Assembly (NCBI GenBank): GCA_951406725.2
Contig: OX597831.1
Location: 27,342,001-27,406,000, forward strand
Direction: 5' to 3'
Origin: Octopus vulgaris
Lineage: Eukaryota
Length of the DNA: 64,000 nt
Shown here: piece after piece, positions 24,713-38,729 of the stretch
How positions within the stretch are numbered: the stretch's first letter is position 1
Layout of the letters: every line of letters starts with the position of its first letter
Position numbers and translations under genes: made by a program
The notes under the pieces: generated by a model
Database searches by the model: none
What the model was told of the DNA's origin: nothing
Seen by the model: only the letters and a program-made list of their open reading frames with translations

Positions 24713-25897
24713 AATCAAAATAAGCAACAGGATATCCAGAGGTGATGCAGTATGACCGTTTCAAGCGGCTCCATTTAATTGAAAAATACAATCATTAAAT
24801 CAATTTATTCAATTTATTCAGGGCTATATTCAACTGCAAAATAAATAAATAGAATTTTTTATTCAAATTCTGTAATAGAGCAAAAAGATGGAGAAAGTCC
24901 CTGTTGCTACTAATGTCACTCAGAATATACTACACTTCTAAGAACTGTATGAAGTTTGTTAGGGTCATAACTTGTAAATGATTGTGGCTCACTTTTAATT
25001 TATTAATCTTTTTTTATTAACTACCAAATCTAAGGCCAGAGGAAAGTGTCTGTTTAGAATGGATAGACAGAGTGAGTTGACAGTTTATAGTTGGGTATGG
25101 TAATAAATATTGTCAGGATTCAGAAAATATCTGTCTATAAGTAAATACCCAGTGCAATCTTTATAGAAACCACCTTATAAGTAGATAATTAAATACAGGT
25201 ATGAATATTAATCTAATTCTATGCAATCTTCCCTTTCTAATTTTGAAAATTGATATATACACACAGTTTAGCTATTCTGGTTATAATAGCATTTTTAGTA
25301 ATCTTAAATTTTATCTTCATACAACATAACAATATTGTATATATACAATCGTCCATTGTACTCCATGATAATTTCCTCTGTATTAACATCATTGGTTTTA
25401 TTAGCTTCTTGCCCCTTTAACTAGTAATTAACATCTTGATTAAGGGTCTTTCCCTATTCAGCTTCTTTTATAGACAGTTACGTATTTTCTAAATCCTGAC
25501 AATATTTATGACCATATCCAACTATAAACTGTCAACTCACTGTCTATCCATCCTAAACAGTCACTGTCCTTAGCCTTAGATTTGGTAGTTAATAAAAAAA
25601 AGACTAATAGATTAAAAGGGAACCACAGTCCTTTACAATCTTGACCCTAACAAACTTCATACAGTTCTTAGAGGTGTAGTATATTCTGAGTCACATCAGT
25701 AGCAACATGGACTTTCTCCCTCTTCTTGCTCTGAGTGAAATTATATTAATGTGTCCAACTGATTAAAAAATTCAATTTATATATTTATGCAGCTAAGAAT
25801 AACCCTTTGATGTAATGATTGCATTGTTCAATTAAATGGAGCCACTTGAAACGGTTGTACTGCATCACCTCGTGATATCCTGTTGCTTATTTTGATT
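24713..25897. repeat. ~1.2-kb fold-back: ~430-bp inverted arms, ~330-bp spacer
   Basis: Arms 24713-25140 and 25468-25897 are reverse complements with scattered substitutions. Confidence 0.85.
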
Positions 25898-26385
25898 ACA
25901 TATATATACACATACCTATATGTATATATACATACATACATATATGTATAAGTATTTATACATACATATGCATGTATATATACATATGTATACATATACA
26001 CATACATACATAAATACATATATATATATATATACACACGTATATATATACACACATACATATATATATACAGATACATACATATGCATACACACACTTA
26101 TATATACATACATCTACATACATACATATACATATATATACACATACATAGATATACATACACACACATATATACATATGTACATATACATACACACATA
26201 TGTATATACATACGTACATATACATACACACACATGTATATACATACGTACATATACATACACACATATATGTATATACATATGTACATATACATACACA
26301 CACATGTGCACATACATATACATACGTGCACACACATACATATTGACATACATATACACACATATATATATATATATATATACAT

Positions 26386-26419
<34 letters not shown>

Positions 26420-26430
26420 GCACACAGACA
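25898..26430. repeat. Compound (TA/CA) microsatellite
   Basis: Continuous TATACA-type runs. Confidence 0.95.
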
Positions 26431-26584
26431 AACACACACATACCAGCCTCCCCTCTCATAACAGTCCAGTGTCATCACAGAGATACTTATGACATCTCTG
26501 ATGTCACATGAGTATGAGAGATATCCCTAAATATGTAGCTGTGTGTGTGTGTGTGTGTGTGTTTATACACATACCTCCATACAT

Positions 26585-26985
26585 CTTTTGTTTGTTTCAG
26601 TCATTAGTGTGCAGCCATGCTGGGGCACCACCTTAAATCTTTAGTTGGATGAATCAAGCACCAATACTTAGATTTATTTTTTTTAAAGCTCAGTACTTAT
26701 TTTATCAGGCTGTTTGGTTGAAGCGCTTAGTGACAAGGACATAAACACACCAATACCGGTTGTCAACTTGTGGCAGGGAAGAAACACAAACACACACACA
26801 CACATAGATTAAATATGTATATATACAACAGGCTTATTTCCGTTTCTATATACCAAATCAACTCACAAAGCTTTGATCTGTCTTGGGGGCTTTAGAAGAA
26901 GACGCTTGCCCAACGTGACATGTAGTGGGACTGAAACCAGAGCCATGTGTTTGGGAAGCAAGCTACTTACCACATAGCCACACAC
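26585..26985 (-). mobile_element. SINE-A, diverged
   Basis: Family head, body and tail. Confidence 0.75.
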
Positions 26986-27086
26986 ACATATGTATATATG
27001 TGTGTGTGTGTGTATATATATATATATACATATGTATATATATATATATACATATACACACACACACACACATGCCCATACGTATA

Positions 27087-27162
<76 letters not shown>

Positions 27163-27264
27163 CACATATGTATATATACATATATATACACAAACACACA
27201 CACACACACACAGTGAAGATACATAATGAAAGTATGATTGTTGCAATAATAATAATGATAGTAA

Positions 27265-27479
27265 TGGTTTTGAATTTTGGTACAAGGCCAGCAATTTCAG
27301 GGGAGAGTGTAAGTGAATTAAATTGACCCCAGTACTCGACTGGTACTTATTTTATCGATTCCTAAGGAATGAAAGGCAAAGTCAACCTTGGTGGAATTTG
27401 AACTCAGAATGTAAAGACAGACAAAATGCTGGTAAGCGTTTCACCCAGGGTACTAACAATTCTACCAGCTCACCACCTT
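27265..27479 (-). mobile_element. SINE-B
   Basis: Family head, central box and tail. Confidence 0.8.
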
Positions 27480-27504
27480 ACTACTACTACTACTACAACT
27501 ACTG

Positions 27505-27540
<36 letters not shown>

Positions 27541-27874
27541 TAATAATAATAATAATAATAATGATTTCTTTTATTTGCCACCAGGGTGAAGGAAGAGGGG
27601 GACAATACAAGGACAGATATAAAGAGTGGTGGTGGTGGTGGGGTTGCATATAAAAAAAATAATAATGATAATAATAATTCCTCGTTATTGATTCAGCCAA
27701 TTAGGAAGCTAAATTATATAGATATATACACTTGAAAGTCCTATCATTACTGTGCAACTAATGAACGTAGCTAACATATTTTTTTGCTTGATTTACTTAT
27801 CATTTTTTGCTATTTACATGCAGAATATTGGGGTGAGGTTGGAGGTATACTGATGCTGCTTCTACTACTACTAC

Positions 27875-27918
<44 letters not shown>

Positions 27919-27920
27919 GT

Positions 27921-28130
27921 TAAGGTGGTGAGCTGACAGAATTGTAAGCGCACCAGGTGAAATGCATGCAGTATTTAGTCTATCTTCACAATCTGAGTTC
28001 AAATGCTGCCAGGGTCAACTTTGTCTTTCATCATTTCTGGGTTGATAAATTAAGTACCAGTTATGCACTGGAGTCAATGTAATCAACTGGTCCCCTCCCA
28101 CAAAATTTCAGGCCTCATGCCTATAGTAGG
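27921..28130 (+). mobile_element. SINE-B following (TTA)n
   Basis: Family head, central box and tail. Confidence 0.8.
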
Positions 28131-28320
28131 GCAATAAAGGGGTAGTGACTCATGTAAAATCAACAAAATAATGGATCCATTAAGTTAAGTTTTATTTGTG
28201 AAATACATTTGCTTTGAATTTACTTCAGAAAGAAGCCTGTATCTATGACGCTTAGTTGGGACCTAGGTGTCAAGGGAGGGGCAACCCCAAAAAATTTGAG
28301 AACCACTGCTATAGTCAAAA

Positions 28321-28665
28321 TAATTACTACCTCCACCTTAGTGAAGGGGGAGGTATTGTTTTCAGTCATGTTTGTTTGTTCATGTCAAGAACCACTGCCT
28401 GGATTTGGATGAAATTTTTGGGGATGTTCGGCCTCGTGACTGGCACAAACTGAATAGATTTTGGGATCAATCTGGTACAAGACAAGGATTCTGGATTTTT
28501 TTACTTAATTTTTGAGAGCAGTCAAGTTCATTTTTAGTATTTTCATTTGTGAGAGCAGTCGAGTTTATTTTAGATATTCTCATTTTAAAAAATCATCTCC
28601 AGCAAATCATTGAGAGGATGTTGGTGTTGCCTTGGCAGAGGTTTGCGCTCTCCAAGAGCCCTTGT
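28321..28665 (+). mobile_element. Helentron-associated (HINE/DINE-like) element
   Basis: 5' TTACTACCTCCACC...GGAGG, (GTTT)n, GGATTTGGATGAAATTT, 3' CCTTGGCAGAGG and a terminal GCTCT/AGAGC hairpin. Confidence 0.5.
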
Positions 28666-28673
28666 TATTAATA

Positions 28674-28710
<37 letters not shown>

Positions 28711-29151
28711 CAAGGAAGCTAGTAGAATTGTTACCATGCCAAACAAAATGCATAGCAGGATTTCTTCCAGTGTATTACATTCTAAGTTTGAACTCTGCCT
28801 AGATTGGCTTCACTTTTCATCTTTTCGGGGGTTCAATAAAATAAGTGCCAATCAAGTACTGATTGGGTGTATTTGAATTGCCCTCATCCCCTAAAACTGC
28901 CAAAATTTTAAACTATCATCATCATCATTATTATTATTTGGAGGCAGCAAACTGGCAGAATTACTATCATGCTGGACAAAATGCTTAGCAGTATTTCGCC
29001 CATCACTATGTTCTGAGTTCAAATTTCGGCATGGTTGACTTTACCTTTCATTCTTTCAGGGTCAATAAATTAAGTACCAACGAAACACTGGGGTTGATGT
29101 AATTGACTAGAGCCCTCTGCCAAAAGTTGCCCTAGTGGAAAAATTTGAAAC

Positions 29152-29189
<38 letters not shown>

Positions 29190-29281
29190 TTTTCAGTGTA
29201 GGAATTCAATTTATTGAATTCTATCATATTGGTTGGTCAGGACTGTTAAGTACAGCTAAAAAAACCCACAACACACTATCT

Positions 29282-29856
<575 letters not shown>

Positions 29857-29927
29857 TATATATATATATACGTTTGCATCTGGGTGTGTTCATGTGTGTG
29901 TGTGTGTATGCATGTCTTTGCATATGT

Positions 29928-30017
<90 letters not shown>

Positions 30018-30287
30018 TGAAGTGATATACAGATATTGTATGTTGAGAATAACAAGGTAGTCAAAATGTTGGATGATTAGATATACTTTTATTTACATTT
30101 TTAGAATTTACTTCCGTTATCAGATTTATCAAAAAAATTGCTTTACAATCAGTTTGCTTTGCCCTTTTATATAAAAAGGCAAAGCAAACTGACTGTAAAC
30201 CACTTTTTTGATAACTCCAATAACGGAAGAAATTGCTAAAAATGTAAATAAAATTATATATGTAATCTGACAACTTTGTTATTCTCA

Positions 30288-30323
<36 letters not shown>

Positions 30324-30326
<3 letters not shown>

Positions 30327-30494
30327 CGCAGGAGTGGCTGTGTGGTAAGTAGCTTGCTTACCAACCACATGGTTCCAGGGTCAGTCCCACTGCGTGGCAT
30401 CTTGGGCAAGTGTCTTCTGCTATAGCCTCGGGCAGACCAATGCCTTGTGAGTGGATTTGGTAGATGGAAACTGAAAGAAGCCTGTCGTATATAT

Positions 30495-30530
<36 letters not shown>

Positions 30531-30748
30531 ATATGTTTGTGTGTCTGTGTTTGTCCCCCCCACCATCGCTTGACAACCGATGCTGGTGTGTTTAGGTCCC
30601 CGTCACTTAGCGGTTCAGCAAAAAGAGACCAATAGAATAAGTACTGGGCTTACAAAGAATAAGTCCCGGGGTCGATTTGCTCAACTAAAGGCGGTGCTCC
30701 AGCATGGCCGCAGTCAAATGACTGAAACAAATAAAAGAGTAAAAGAGA
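30324..30748 (+). mobile_element. SINE-A, full length
   Basis: Family head, body and tail. Confidence 0.9.
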
Positions 30749-31434
30749 GGATATATATATATAAATTAGAAATGGAAACCAAAATAATAAATTGAGCAAT
30801 TAATAATTTAATCATTAAATGATAAATTCAATTCAATTTTATTATTTTGTACAAACAAATGACACATCTCCGTTTCCATTCCTAATTTATATTTTGATAA
30901 ACTGTATGTTTATTTTATTTATTTACCTATTTGATAAGAGTAATAGTTGATAACATTGTTATTATATATATATATATTAAGCAGAGATTGGCAGAGTGAT
31001 GGTTTTAGTCAAACTTGTGTGACATAAGTTCAAATCCAACTGAGGTCATGTTTACCTTTTATGCTTTCAGGGTCAATAAATACAGTACCAGACTGATGCT
31101 TCTACCTGTGTCATTCTCTCTAAATATCACATCTTGGGTGACTTGCTGGTACAAAGATGTGTGTGGGAGGGCAAGATTGTGCCTATGGCTCCTTGCCACC
31201 CCATGGGCAACTAAAATCATTAGTGATGGAATGGTACATGCTGATACCAGCTCGTAGTTGATGACAGTGACAGCCTGGTTTATATTCATACACACACATA
31301 CACACACACATGTATGCGTGTATATATTTGGGGATGTGTTTAAATATATTTAGCAGTATAGTTGTATATAGACAGTTTATATATACACATACATACATAC
31401 ACACACACACACACATATATATATATTTATATAA

Positions 31435-31467
<33 letters not shown>

Positions 31468-31794
31468 CACCCAAAACAACTAATACAATACAGACACACA
31501 CACACAGACACAGTGAATTAACAAAAATTCTGTGGTGTATGGCCATTAATCTTAGAAGACATAGCAGCCAAATTCCCTCAAATGACACATTACCATCATA
31601 ACAAATGAAGGACATGGTAAACAATGTTGTTCAATGTGAAATAAGAAAGAATAATGACAAGATTGCCACGACTGGAACCACTTTGATCATAGGTAAACAT
31701 GATCATAACTAACCAAGGGCTAAACATCAAAAGCCTCACCAGACAAGATATGGGCATGTCCCTATTAGTGTCATCTTAAGGAAAGGGCCCACTG

Positions 31795-32100
31795 AGCAGT
31801 AGCTCAAGAGCCTCACAAGATCTAGGGACCCAATTGTGATCTGTGTATGTTGTGGCTTGCTGTAAATTAATAAATACTATAAGGCCCACTGCCTTAATTT
31901 GTCTAGGGGCCGCACAAGATATAGGGACCCAATTGTGATCTATGTATGCTGTGGCTTGCTGTCAATGAATAAACATTATAGGGTCCACTGCATTTATTTG
32001 CCTAGGAGTTCCACAGGTCTAGGGGCCCTATTCTAACCTATGTATGGGCCCACTGCATTGATTCTAACCTATGTATAGGGCCCACTGCATTGATTTGACA
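31795..32100 (+). repeat. Tandem duplication of a ~99-bp unit plus a 32-33-bp duplication
   Basis: CACAAGAT.TAGGGACCCAATTGTGATCT twice; TTCTAACCTATGTAT..GGCCCACTGCATTGAT twice. Confidence 0.75.
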
Positions 32101-32334
32101 AGGGATCTGATAATAGTGCAAAGGCAGCCCTGGTCCCTAGCTTATCTATAATCCAATATCTAAGCTATTTTGTCTTCATAATAAGACTTCAAAGAAATTT
32201 ATACAAAATACAAGCTGTAATTATAGCCTGGTTGTCCCAAGAGGGTAGGAGATTGATTAATTGAGAAATACCACTGACAGGAACAGAGATATAAGTGTAT
32301 TGCACCTGCCAACATGATACCTTTCTACAGCTTG

Positions 32335-32790
32335 GTAGACTATATCTACCACATGGCATGTACTGATGGCTAGAGGCTAGATGGACAGTATGTACCATAT
32401 GGTATTTATTTACAGTTAGGTCCACTGTACCTCCACACAGTACTTATTTACAGCTATGTGAGCTGTACAAACCACATGGTACCTATTTATATCTCCAACA
32501 TGGTACTTATATACAGCTAGGTAGATTGTATGTACCACATGGTACCTATTAAGATCTAGGTGAACTGCATTTACCACATGGTATTTACTGACAACAAAGT
32601 GGACTGTACTTGCCACATGGTACGTATCAAGGACAAGGTGGATTGTGTGTACCACGAGGTACAGAGTTATAGCTAGGTCCACTTAGAAACTATTTACAAC
32701 CAGGTGCACTGTGTACCCCCACATGGTGCCAGTTTACAACTGGATGGACTGCACCTACCACGTGGTATCTATTTACGGCTAGATGGACTG
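32335..32790. repeat. Degenerate ~39-bp minisatellite
   Basis: Recurrent CTAGGTGGACTGT..TACCACATGGTA.CTATTTACAG. Confidence 0.8.
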
Positions 32791-33258
32791 GATCAGTGCA
32801 AGATAATAATAATGAATCATGACTATGAAGAACCATGAAGCATTGTGAAAAATTAAGTGCTATTGTGTATATACACATGTAAACATTCATGTGCATATAA
32901 ATGCATGTATGTCTGTTTATACATGTTTATACAAAACACATTTACGTGCAAGCATGTGTGTACATACATACATGTGTATGTGTGTATGCATGTGTGTGTT
33001 TATATATATGCACATACAACCACAGCCCCGCCCAACTCACTAAAATCAGTTAAGAAATTCTTGACGCATTGCAGCATGAAAGGAATAATTGTTTCCATAA
33101 AATCTGTCAGGCAGACATTTAATACAACCATATTGTGCATGTGTGTGTGTGTGTGTGTGTGTGTGCACATGTTTATATATATATATATATACATGCCGAA
33201 TATATATATATATATATACATACATACATACATACATATATATATTTATATCCATATA

Positions 33259-33665
33259 CGCAGGAGTGGCTGTGTGGTAAGTAGCTTGTTTACCAACCAC
33301 ATGGTTCCGGGTTCAGTCCCACTGCGTGGCATCTTGGGCAAGTGTCTTCTGCTATAGCCCCGGGCCGACCAATGCCTTGTGAGTAGATTTGGTAGACGGA
33401 AACTGAAAGAAAGAAGCCTGTCGTATATATGTGTGTATGTGTGTGTATATGTTTGTGTGTCTGTGTTTGTCCCCCTAGCATTGCTTGACAACCGATGCTG
33501 GTGTGTTTATGTCCCCGTCACTTAGCGGTTCGGCAAAAGAGACCGATAGAATAAGTACTGGGCTTACAAAGAATAAGTCCCGGGATCGATCTGCTCGACT
33601 AAAGGCGGTGCTCCAGCATGGCCACAGTAAAATGACTGAAACAAGTAAAAGAGTAAAAGAGTAAA

Positions 33666-33668
<3 letters not shown>
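33259..33668 (+). mobile_element. SINE-A, full length
   Basis: Family head, body and tail. Confidence 0.9.
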
Positions 33669-33714
<46 letters not shown>

Positions 33715-33717
<3 letters not shown>

Positions 33718-33935
33718 CAGTGAGCTGGCAGACACGTTAACACGCTGGACGAAATGCTTAGCGGTATTTTGTCTGCCGTTACGTTCTGTGTTCAAATTCT
33801 GCCGAGGTCGACTTTGCCTTTCATCCTTTCGGGGTCGATTAAATAAGTACTAGTTAATCACTGGGGTCAATGTAATCGACTTAATCCCTTTGTTTGTCCC
33901 CTCTATGTTTAGCCCCATGTGGGCAATAAAGAAAT
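33715..33935 (+). mobile_element. SINE-B
   Basis: Family head, central box and tail. Confidence 0.85.
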
Positions 33936-33984
33936 ATATATATATACATACAGAGAGAGAGACATACATATACATATATATATA

Positions 33985-34157
33985 TGTGGTAAGTAGCTTG
34001 CTTATGAACCACATGGTTCCAGGTTCAGTTCCACTGTGTGGCATCTTGGCCAAGTGTCTTCTACAATAGCCTTGAGCCGACCAAAGCCTTGTGAGTGTAT
34101 TTGGTAGACAGAAACTAAAAGAAGCCCGTCGTATATATGTGTGTGTATGTATATATG

Positions 34158-34198
<41 letters not shown>

Positions 34199-34415
34199 GC
34201 GTGTATATGTCTGTGTGTCTGTGTTTGTCCCCCCCCCCAACATAGCTTGACAACCGATGCTGGTGTGTTTACATCCCCTTAACTTAGCAGTTCGGCAAAA
34301 GGCACCAATAGAATAAGTACTAGGCTTACAAAAAAAGTCCTGGGATCAATTTGCTCGACTAAAGGCGGTGCTCCAGCATGGCCACAGTCACATGACTGAA
34401 ACAAGTAAAAGAGAA
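33985..34415 (+). mobile_element. SINE-A
   Basis: Family head, body and tail. Confidence 0.9.
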
Positions 34416-34634
34416 TAGATATGCATATATGTACACACATATACATATGCATGTATATATATATATATACACACACAAATGTACCTATATGTGTGTGTAT
34501 GTATATATCATCATCATCATCAATTAGCATCTGTTTTCCATGCTGGCATGGGTTAAATGGTTTGACTAAAACTAGTAAACTGGAGAGCTGCACCAAGTTC
34601 CAATCCGATTTGACATAGATTCTACGGTTGGATG

Positions 34635-34675
<41 letters not shown>

Positions 34676-34730
34676 ATATCTATATATAGTGCGAAAGAGA
34701 GAGAGAGAGAGAGCCTGCCACACTTATGTA

Positions 34731-34770
<40 letters not shown>

Positions 34771-35146
34771 TGCACATATCTGTGTGTGTATGTATACACA
34801 TACGTCCTCACACACCACATATATCTTATATTATCTTCAGTGTATTATCACTGTTGACTGAGCTGTAAATATCTTTGAATATACACCTACATATATAACA
34901 TACACACATGGTTCTTAACTAAAACAGTATCCAAGTACAAGGAATTGCATACACACACGTACGCACACACACACACACACACACACACAAGTAGAATTAG
35001 CTGCAAGATCACATGTATACACAAACGTAAATCTCGGTTATGAATAGCTCAAAATATCTCTCTATATATACCCTAAAATTCATGCATATAAACATATATA
35101 CAATTACATCTGTCTGTCTATAGAAATGTAGATGTACTTGTCCATG

Positions 35147-35186
<40 letters not shown>

Positions 35187-35918
35187 TGTACATGCATACA
35201 TACATACATACATACATTTTTTTTTTACATACATACATACATACATACACAAATAAGGCTTCTCAAAACCAGAAAGAAGAAAGCTAATTCAAAGACAACA
35301 GATCCAATCCATCACTGGAGCCTTTAAAATCTGTAAAACTTTACAGAAGTTTATCATTTAAATATATATATGTCTAGATATGCAACTATATGCATGAGAA
35401 TACATACAGAAAACATACAAATCTGCACATTCATACATACATACATACAAAAATAACCTGTTGTTGATGTTGAAATTTCAATGAAGGAGCCTTGGATCTA
35501 GGTTAGAAACCGGTTCTTTCTCTATTGGCAAGGAATCTTGAAATAAACTGAATAATGACACACATACATAGATACAAGCATACAAGTGCATTAGGTTATG
35601 TACCAACAAATCTTCACAAAACCTTTGAAACGCATGGTTTTATGGGAAAAGAGCAAAAGAAACTGACGTGGATTCTCCAAATCCAATCTATTAATGGCAC
35701 AGTGAAGATTTGTAAGACATTCCAGAAATTCTCCATGTGGGATTCTTATGTGAATAGATGCACATACGTGGGTGTATGCATCGACAATTCAAACAACACA
35801 CTAATTCAACTACATATTTACAAACATTGGGAACCCACTTAACTCAAAAAGTCTTGTTGCTTTTTTAGCAACTGGCTGGATCTCTCTCAAGAAGGAAAAT
35901 CATACATCCATACAGAAG

Positions 35919-35954
<36 letters not shown>

Positions 35955-35955
<1 letters not shown>

Positions 35956-36352
35956 GCAGGAGTGGCTGTGTGGTAAGTAGCTTGCTTACCAACAACATGA
36001 TTCTGGGTTCAGTGCCATTGCGTGGCATCTTGGGCAAGTGTCTTCTACTATAGCTTCAGGCCGACCAAAGCCTTGTGAGTGGATTTGGTAGACGGAAGCT
36101 GAAAGATGCCCAACGTATATATGTATATATGTGTGTGTGTGTGTATATGTTTGTGTGTCTGTGTTGGTTCCCCCCAACATCACTTGACAACCGATGCTGG
36201 TGTGTTTACGTCCCCGTAACTTAGCGGTTCGGCAAAAGAGACCGATAGAATAAGTACTAAGCTTACAAAGAATAAGTTCTGGGGTCGATTTGCTCGACTA
36301 AAGGCGGTGCTCCAGCATGGCCGCAGTCAAATGACTGAAACAAGTAAAAGAG
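35955..36352 (+). mobile_element. SINE-A, full length
   Basis: Family head, body and tail. Confidence 0.9.
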
Positions 36353-36754
36353 TATATATGTAAATACTCATAATTTTTGCTGATGACACAACTAGCTACT
36401 TCAGAAGATCAGAATCTGTTATAGTAGTAATACATTAGACTGAAGGAGTCTGTAAACCAAGGGTTGTAGTGTGACGTTAATGAATCTTTGACAATTAGTA
36501 TTGTGAATGGCCAGCATATATGTCTTTGAGTATATGTATTTCGTTCTGAGTTCAAATTCTGCCGAGGTCGACTTTGCCTTTCATCCTTTCGGGGTCGATT
36601 AAATAAGTACCAGTTATACACTGGGGTCGATGTAATCAACTTAATCCCTTTGCCTGTCCTTGTTTGTCCCTCTATATTTAACCCCTTGTGGGCAGTAAAG
36701 AAATAAATATATGTCTATGAGTTGCCACAATGCTGTTCTTAATGTCGAGGCAGA

Positions 36755-37400
36755 ATGCCAGTGTAGGGCAACATCACTGACCCTAACGTTGGGGAAGTAT
36801 TCCATCATAGGTGTTACCCATGTAGCAACAACATTGACCCCAATGTTGGAGTAGTAATCAACCATAGGGGTGACCACTGTAGCATCAACACAATCCTCAA
36901 TGTTGGGACAATATGCCATTGTAGGGGTCACCTGTTTAGCGGCAGCACTGTCTCCAATGTTGGGACAGTGCTCCACAATACACCTATGTAGCAACAGCAC
37001 AGTCCTCAATGTTGGTGCAGTATTCCAGCACAGGGGTGATATGTGTAGCAATTGCTACAAAGCATTGTAGGGGTCTCCTGTGTAGCATCAGCACTGTCTC
37101 CACTGCAAGAGTAGCATTCCAAAGGCGGCGAGCTGGCAGAAACATTAGCACGCTGGATGAAATGCTTAGCGGTATTTCGTCTGCCATTACATTCTGAGTT
37201 CAAATTCCACCGAGGTCGACTTTGCTTTTCATCCTTTCGGGGTCGATAAATTAAGTACTAGTTACATACTGGGGTCGATGTAATTGATTTAATCACTTTG
37301 TCTGTCTTTGTTTGTCCCCTTGTCCCCTCTATGTTTAGCCACTTGTGGGCAATGAAGAAATAAGAGTAGCATTCCATTATAGGGTTCTCTTGTATCTGTA
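36755..37400. repeat. Degenerate ~54-bp minisatellite interrupted by SINE-B
   Basis: Recurrent TGTAGCA.CA.CAC.GTC..CAATGTTGG...TAGGGGT. Confidence 0.7.
37122..37361 (+). mobile_element. SINE-B with a perfect 15-bp target-site duplication
   Basis: AAGAGTAGCATTCCA at 37107-37121 and 37362-37376. Confidence 0.9.
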
Positions 37401-37494
37401 AGTGATGATGGCAGAAATACTTCCTGGTCCTAAAAGCATATCCCTGTCTTTAGCAGGGTACAATGTTAGTTATATGAATGATGTTATCCTTCAC

Positions 37495-37546
37495 CAGAAG
37501 AGACGGTATCGCCCTCATTATCAAGGGTTTTGGTTTCATAATCTTC
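37495..37546 (-). CDS. Candidate coding exon EDYETKTLDNEGDTVSS
   Basis: Strong acceptor gattttcttttatcag and weak donor CTG|GTGAAG. 52 nt, phase 0 to 1. Another frame (KIMKPKPLIMRAIPSLL) is also open. Confidence 0.35.
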
Positions 37547-37944
37547 CTGATAAAAGAAAATCAAGTATGAAACTGTTTCTTTTATAATCAGTGGTGTATA
37601 TGTGCATGTGTGTGTGGGCATGCATATGTAGGCACGAGTGTGTGTGGGTGTGTATATCCTGTTACATATACAGGCTCATACACACACACACAAACAGGTA
37701 TATATACACTCATACAAAACTTGACTATAAATAATTCAAAAATACCGACCTATTATTCCCATATGTCAAAGCTGTTATATACAAACATACTTAGATATTC
37801 ATACATTTATATATATGTTTAATGGGTGTTGGTGGTGATGGTGGTGGGTATGATGAAGTGATGATGGTAGTAAGGTGTGTGTTAGTTTATTATGATGAAA
37901 ATGTTTTAAACATCCATACACACACATACACACACATATATATC

Positions 37945-37995
<51 letters not shown>

Positions 37996-38639
37996 GAGGG
38001 TGGGGCACAATGAGTAGTTTTTACTACATTTTTTACCTTAAATAGAAATATATTTTTTACAGATGTTCACAAACAACCTTACAAAAGCGATATTAGCTAA
38101 GCAAGTGACCTTCTCGAAATGTATTAAAAACATTATAACATTATCTGAACACTATTTCAGAAAATTATCACAGTCATTTCTTAGTATATGAAAGCCAAAT
38201 TTAGCTGGGGCAAAATGAGTAAACCAAAATAAAGTAAATCTGCCTCTTCAATTCTCCAGAATTACACTTAAAAACAGATTTATACACATCAATATCTATC
38301 TTCAAACATCAGAAAGATCAGAAACGCAACAAAAAATACTCTCTATAGCTTCTTCAAAATCTATATTTATTTACAAAAAATGCAGTTAAAGAGAAGAAAT
38401 TAATGAAATTAGTCATGACTCATTTTATCCCATCTTAGACATTAGTTTTTGAAAACTGCAAACTTATCAAAATAGACATTAGTGTGGGAAAAAATTGACT
38501 TGGAATCCAACAGAGGAAAGAATATTGATTTGTTAAACACCAAAAATTATCCTGATATCTTATTAGCAACTTTAATTACAATCACATCAAAGCTGAGGAA
38601 AAATTTATTGAAAAAAAAAATACCTCACCATGATAGATT

Positions 38640-38725
38640 GCTTCTTTATTTTCTCTCCTTGTTTCTTTCTATGTTCCTTTCTGTGGAAGAGCGTAGGCTC
38701 AAAATGTTAAGGACTTTCTCACTTC
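38640..38725 (+). mobile_element. Partial copy of the short Penelope-like remnant, abutting an RTE 3' UTR
   Basis: CTGTGGAAGAGCGTAGGCTCAAAATGTTAAGGAC; the downstream part of the family resumes at about 39236. Confidence 0.45.
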
Positions 38726-38729
38726 CTGA

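Noticed and set aside
25920-26492. Long ORFs rich in Y/I/H/T/C/V/M (also 40063-40723, 52059-52981, 26863-27326)
   Set aside because: They are translations of (TA/CA/TG)n microsatellites, which lack stop codons in several frames.
30761-30890. 19-bp inverted repeat around a 92-bp AT-rich spacer
   Set aside because: Could be a tiny MITE, but it is a single copy in very AT-rich DNA with no clear target duplication.
33290-33481. Recurring ORF ...AIVEDTCPRCHAVGLNPEPCGW seen many times
   Set aside because: It is the antisense translation of the SINE-A head, not a gene family.
35455-35545. CAATGAAGGAGCC...GAAACCGG as a possible third hammerhead
   Set aside because: It lacks CUGANGA and correctly placed helix II pairing.
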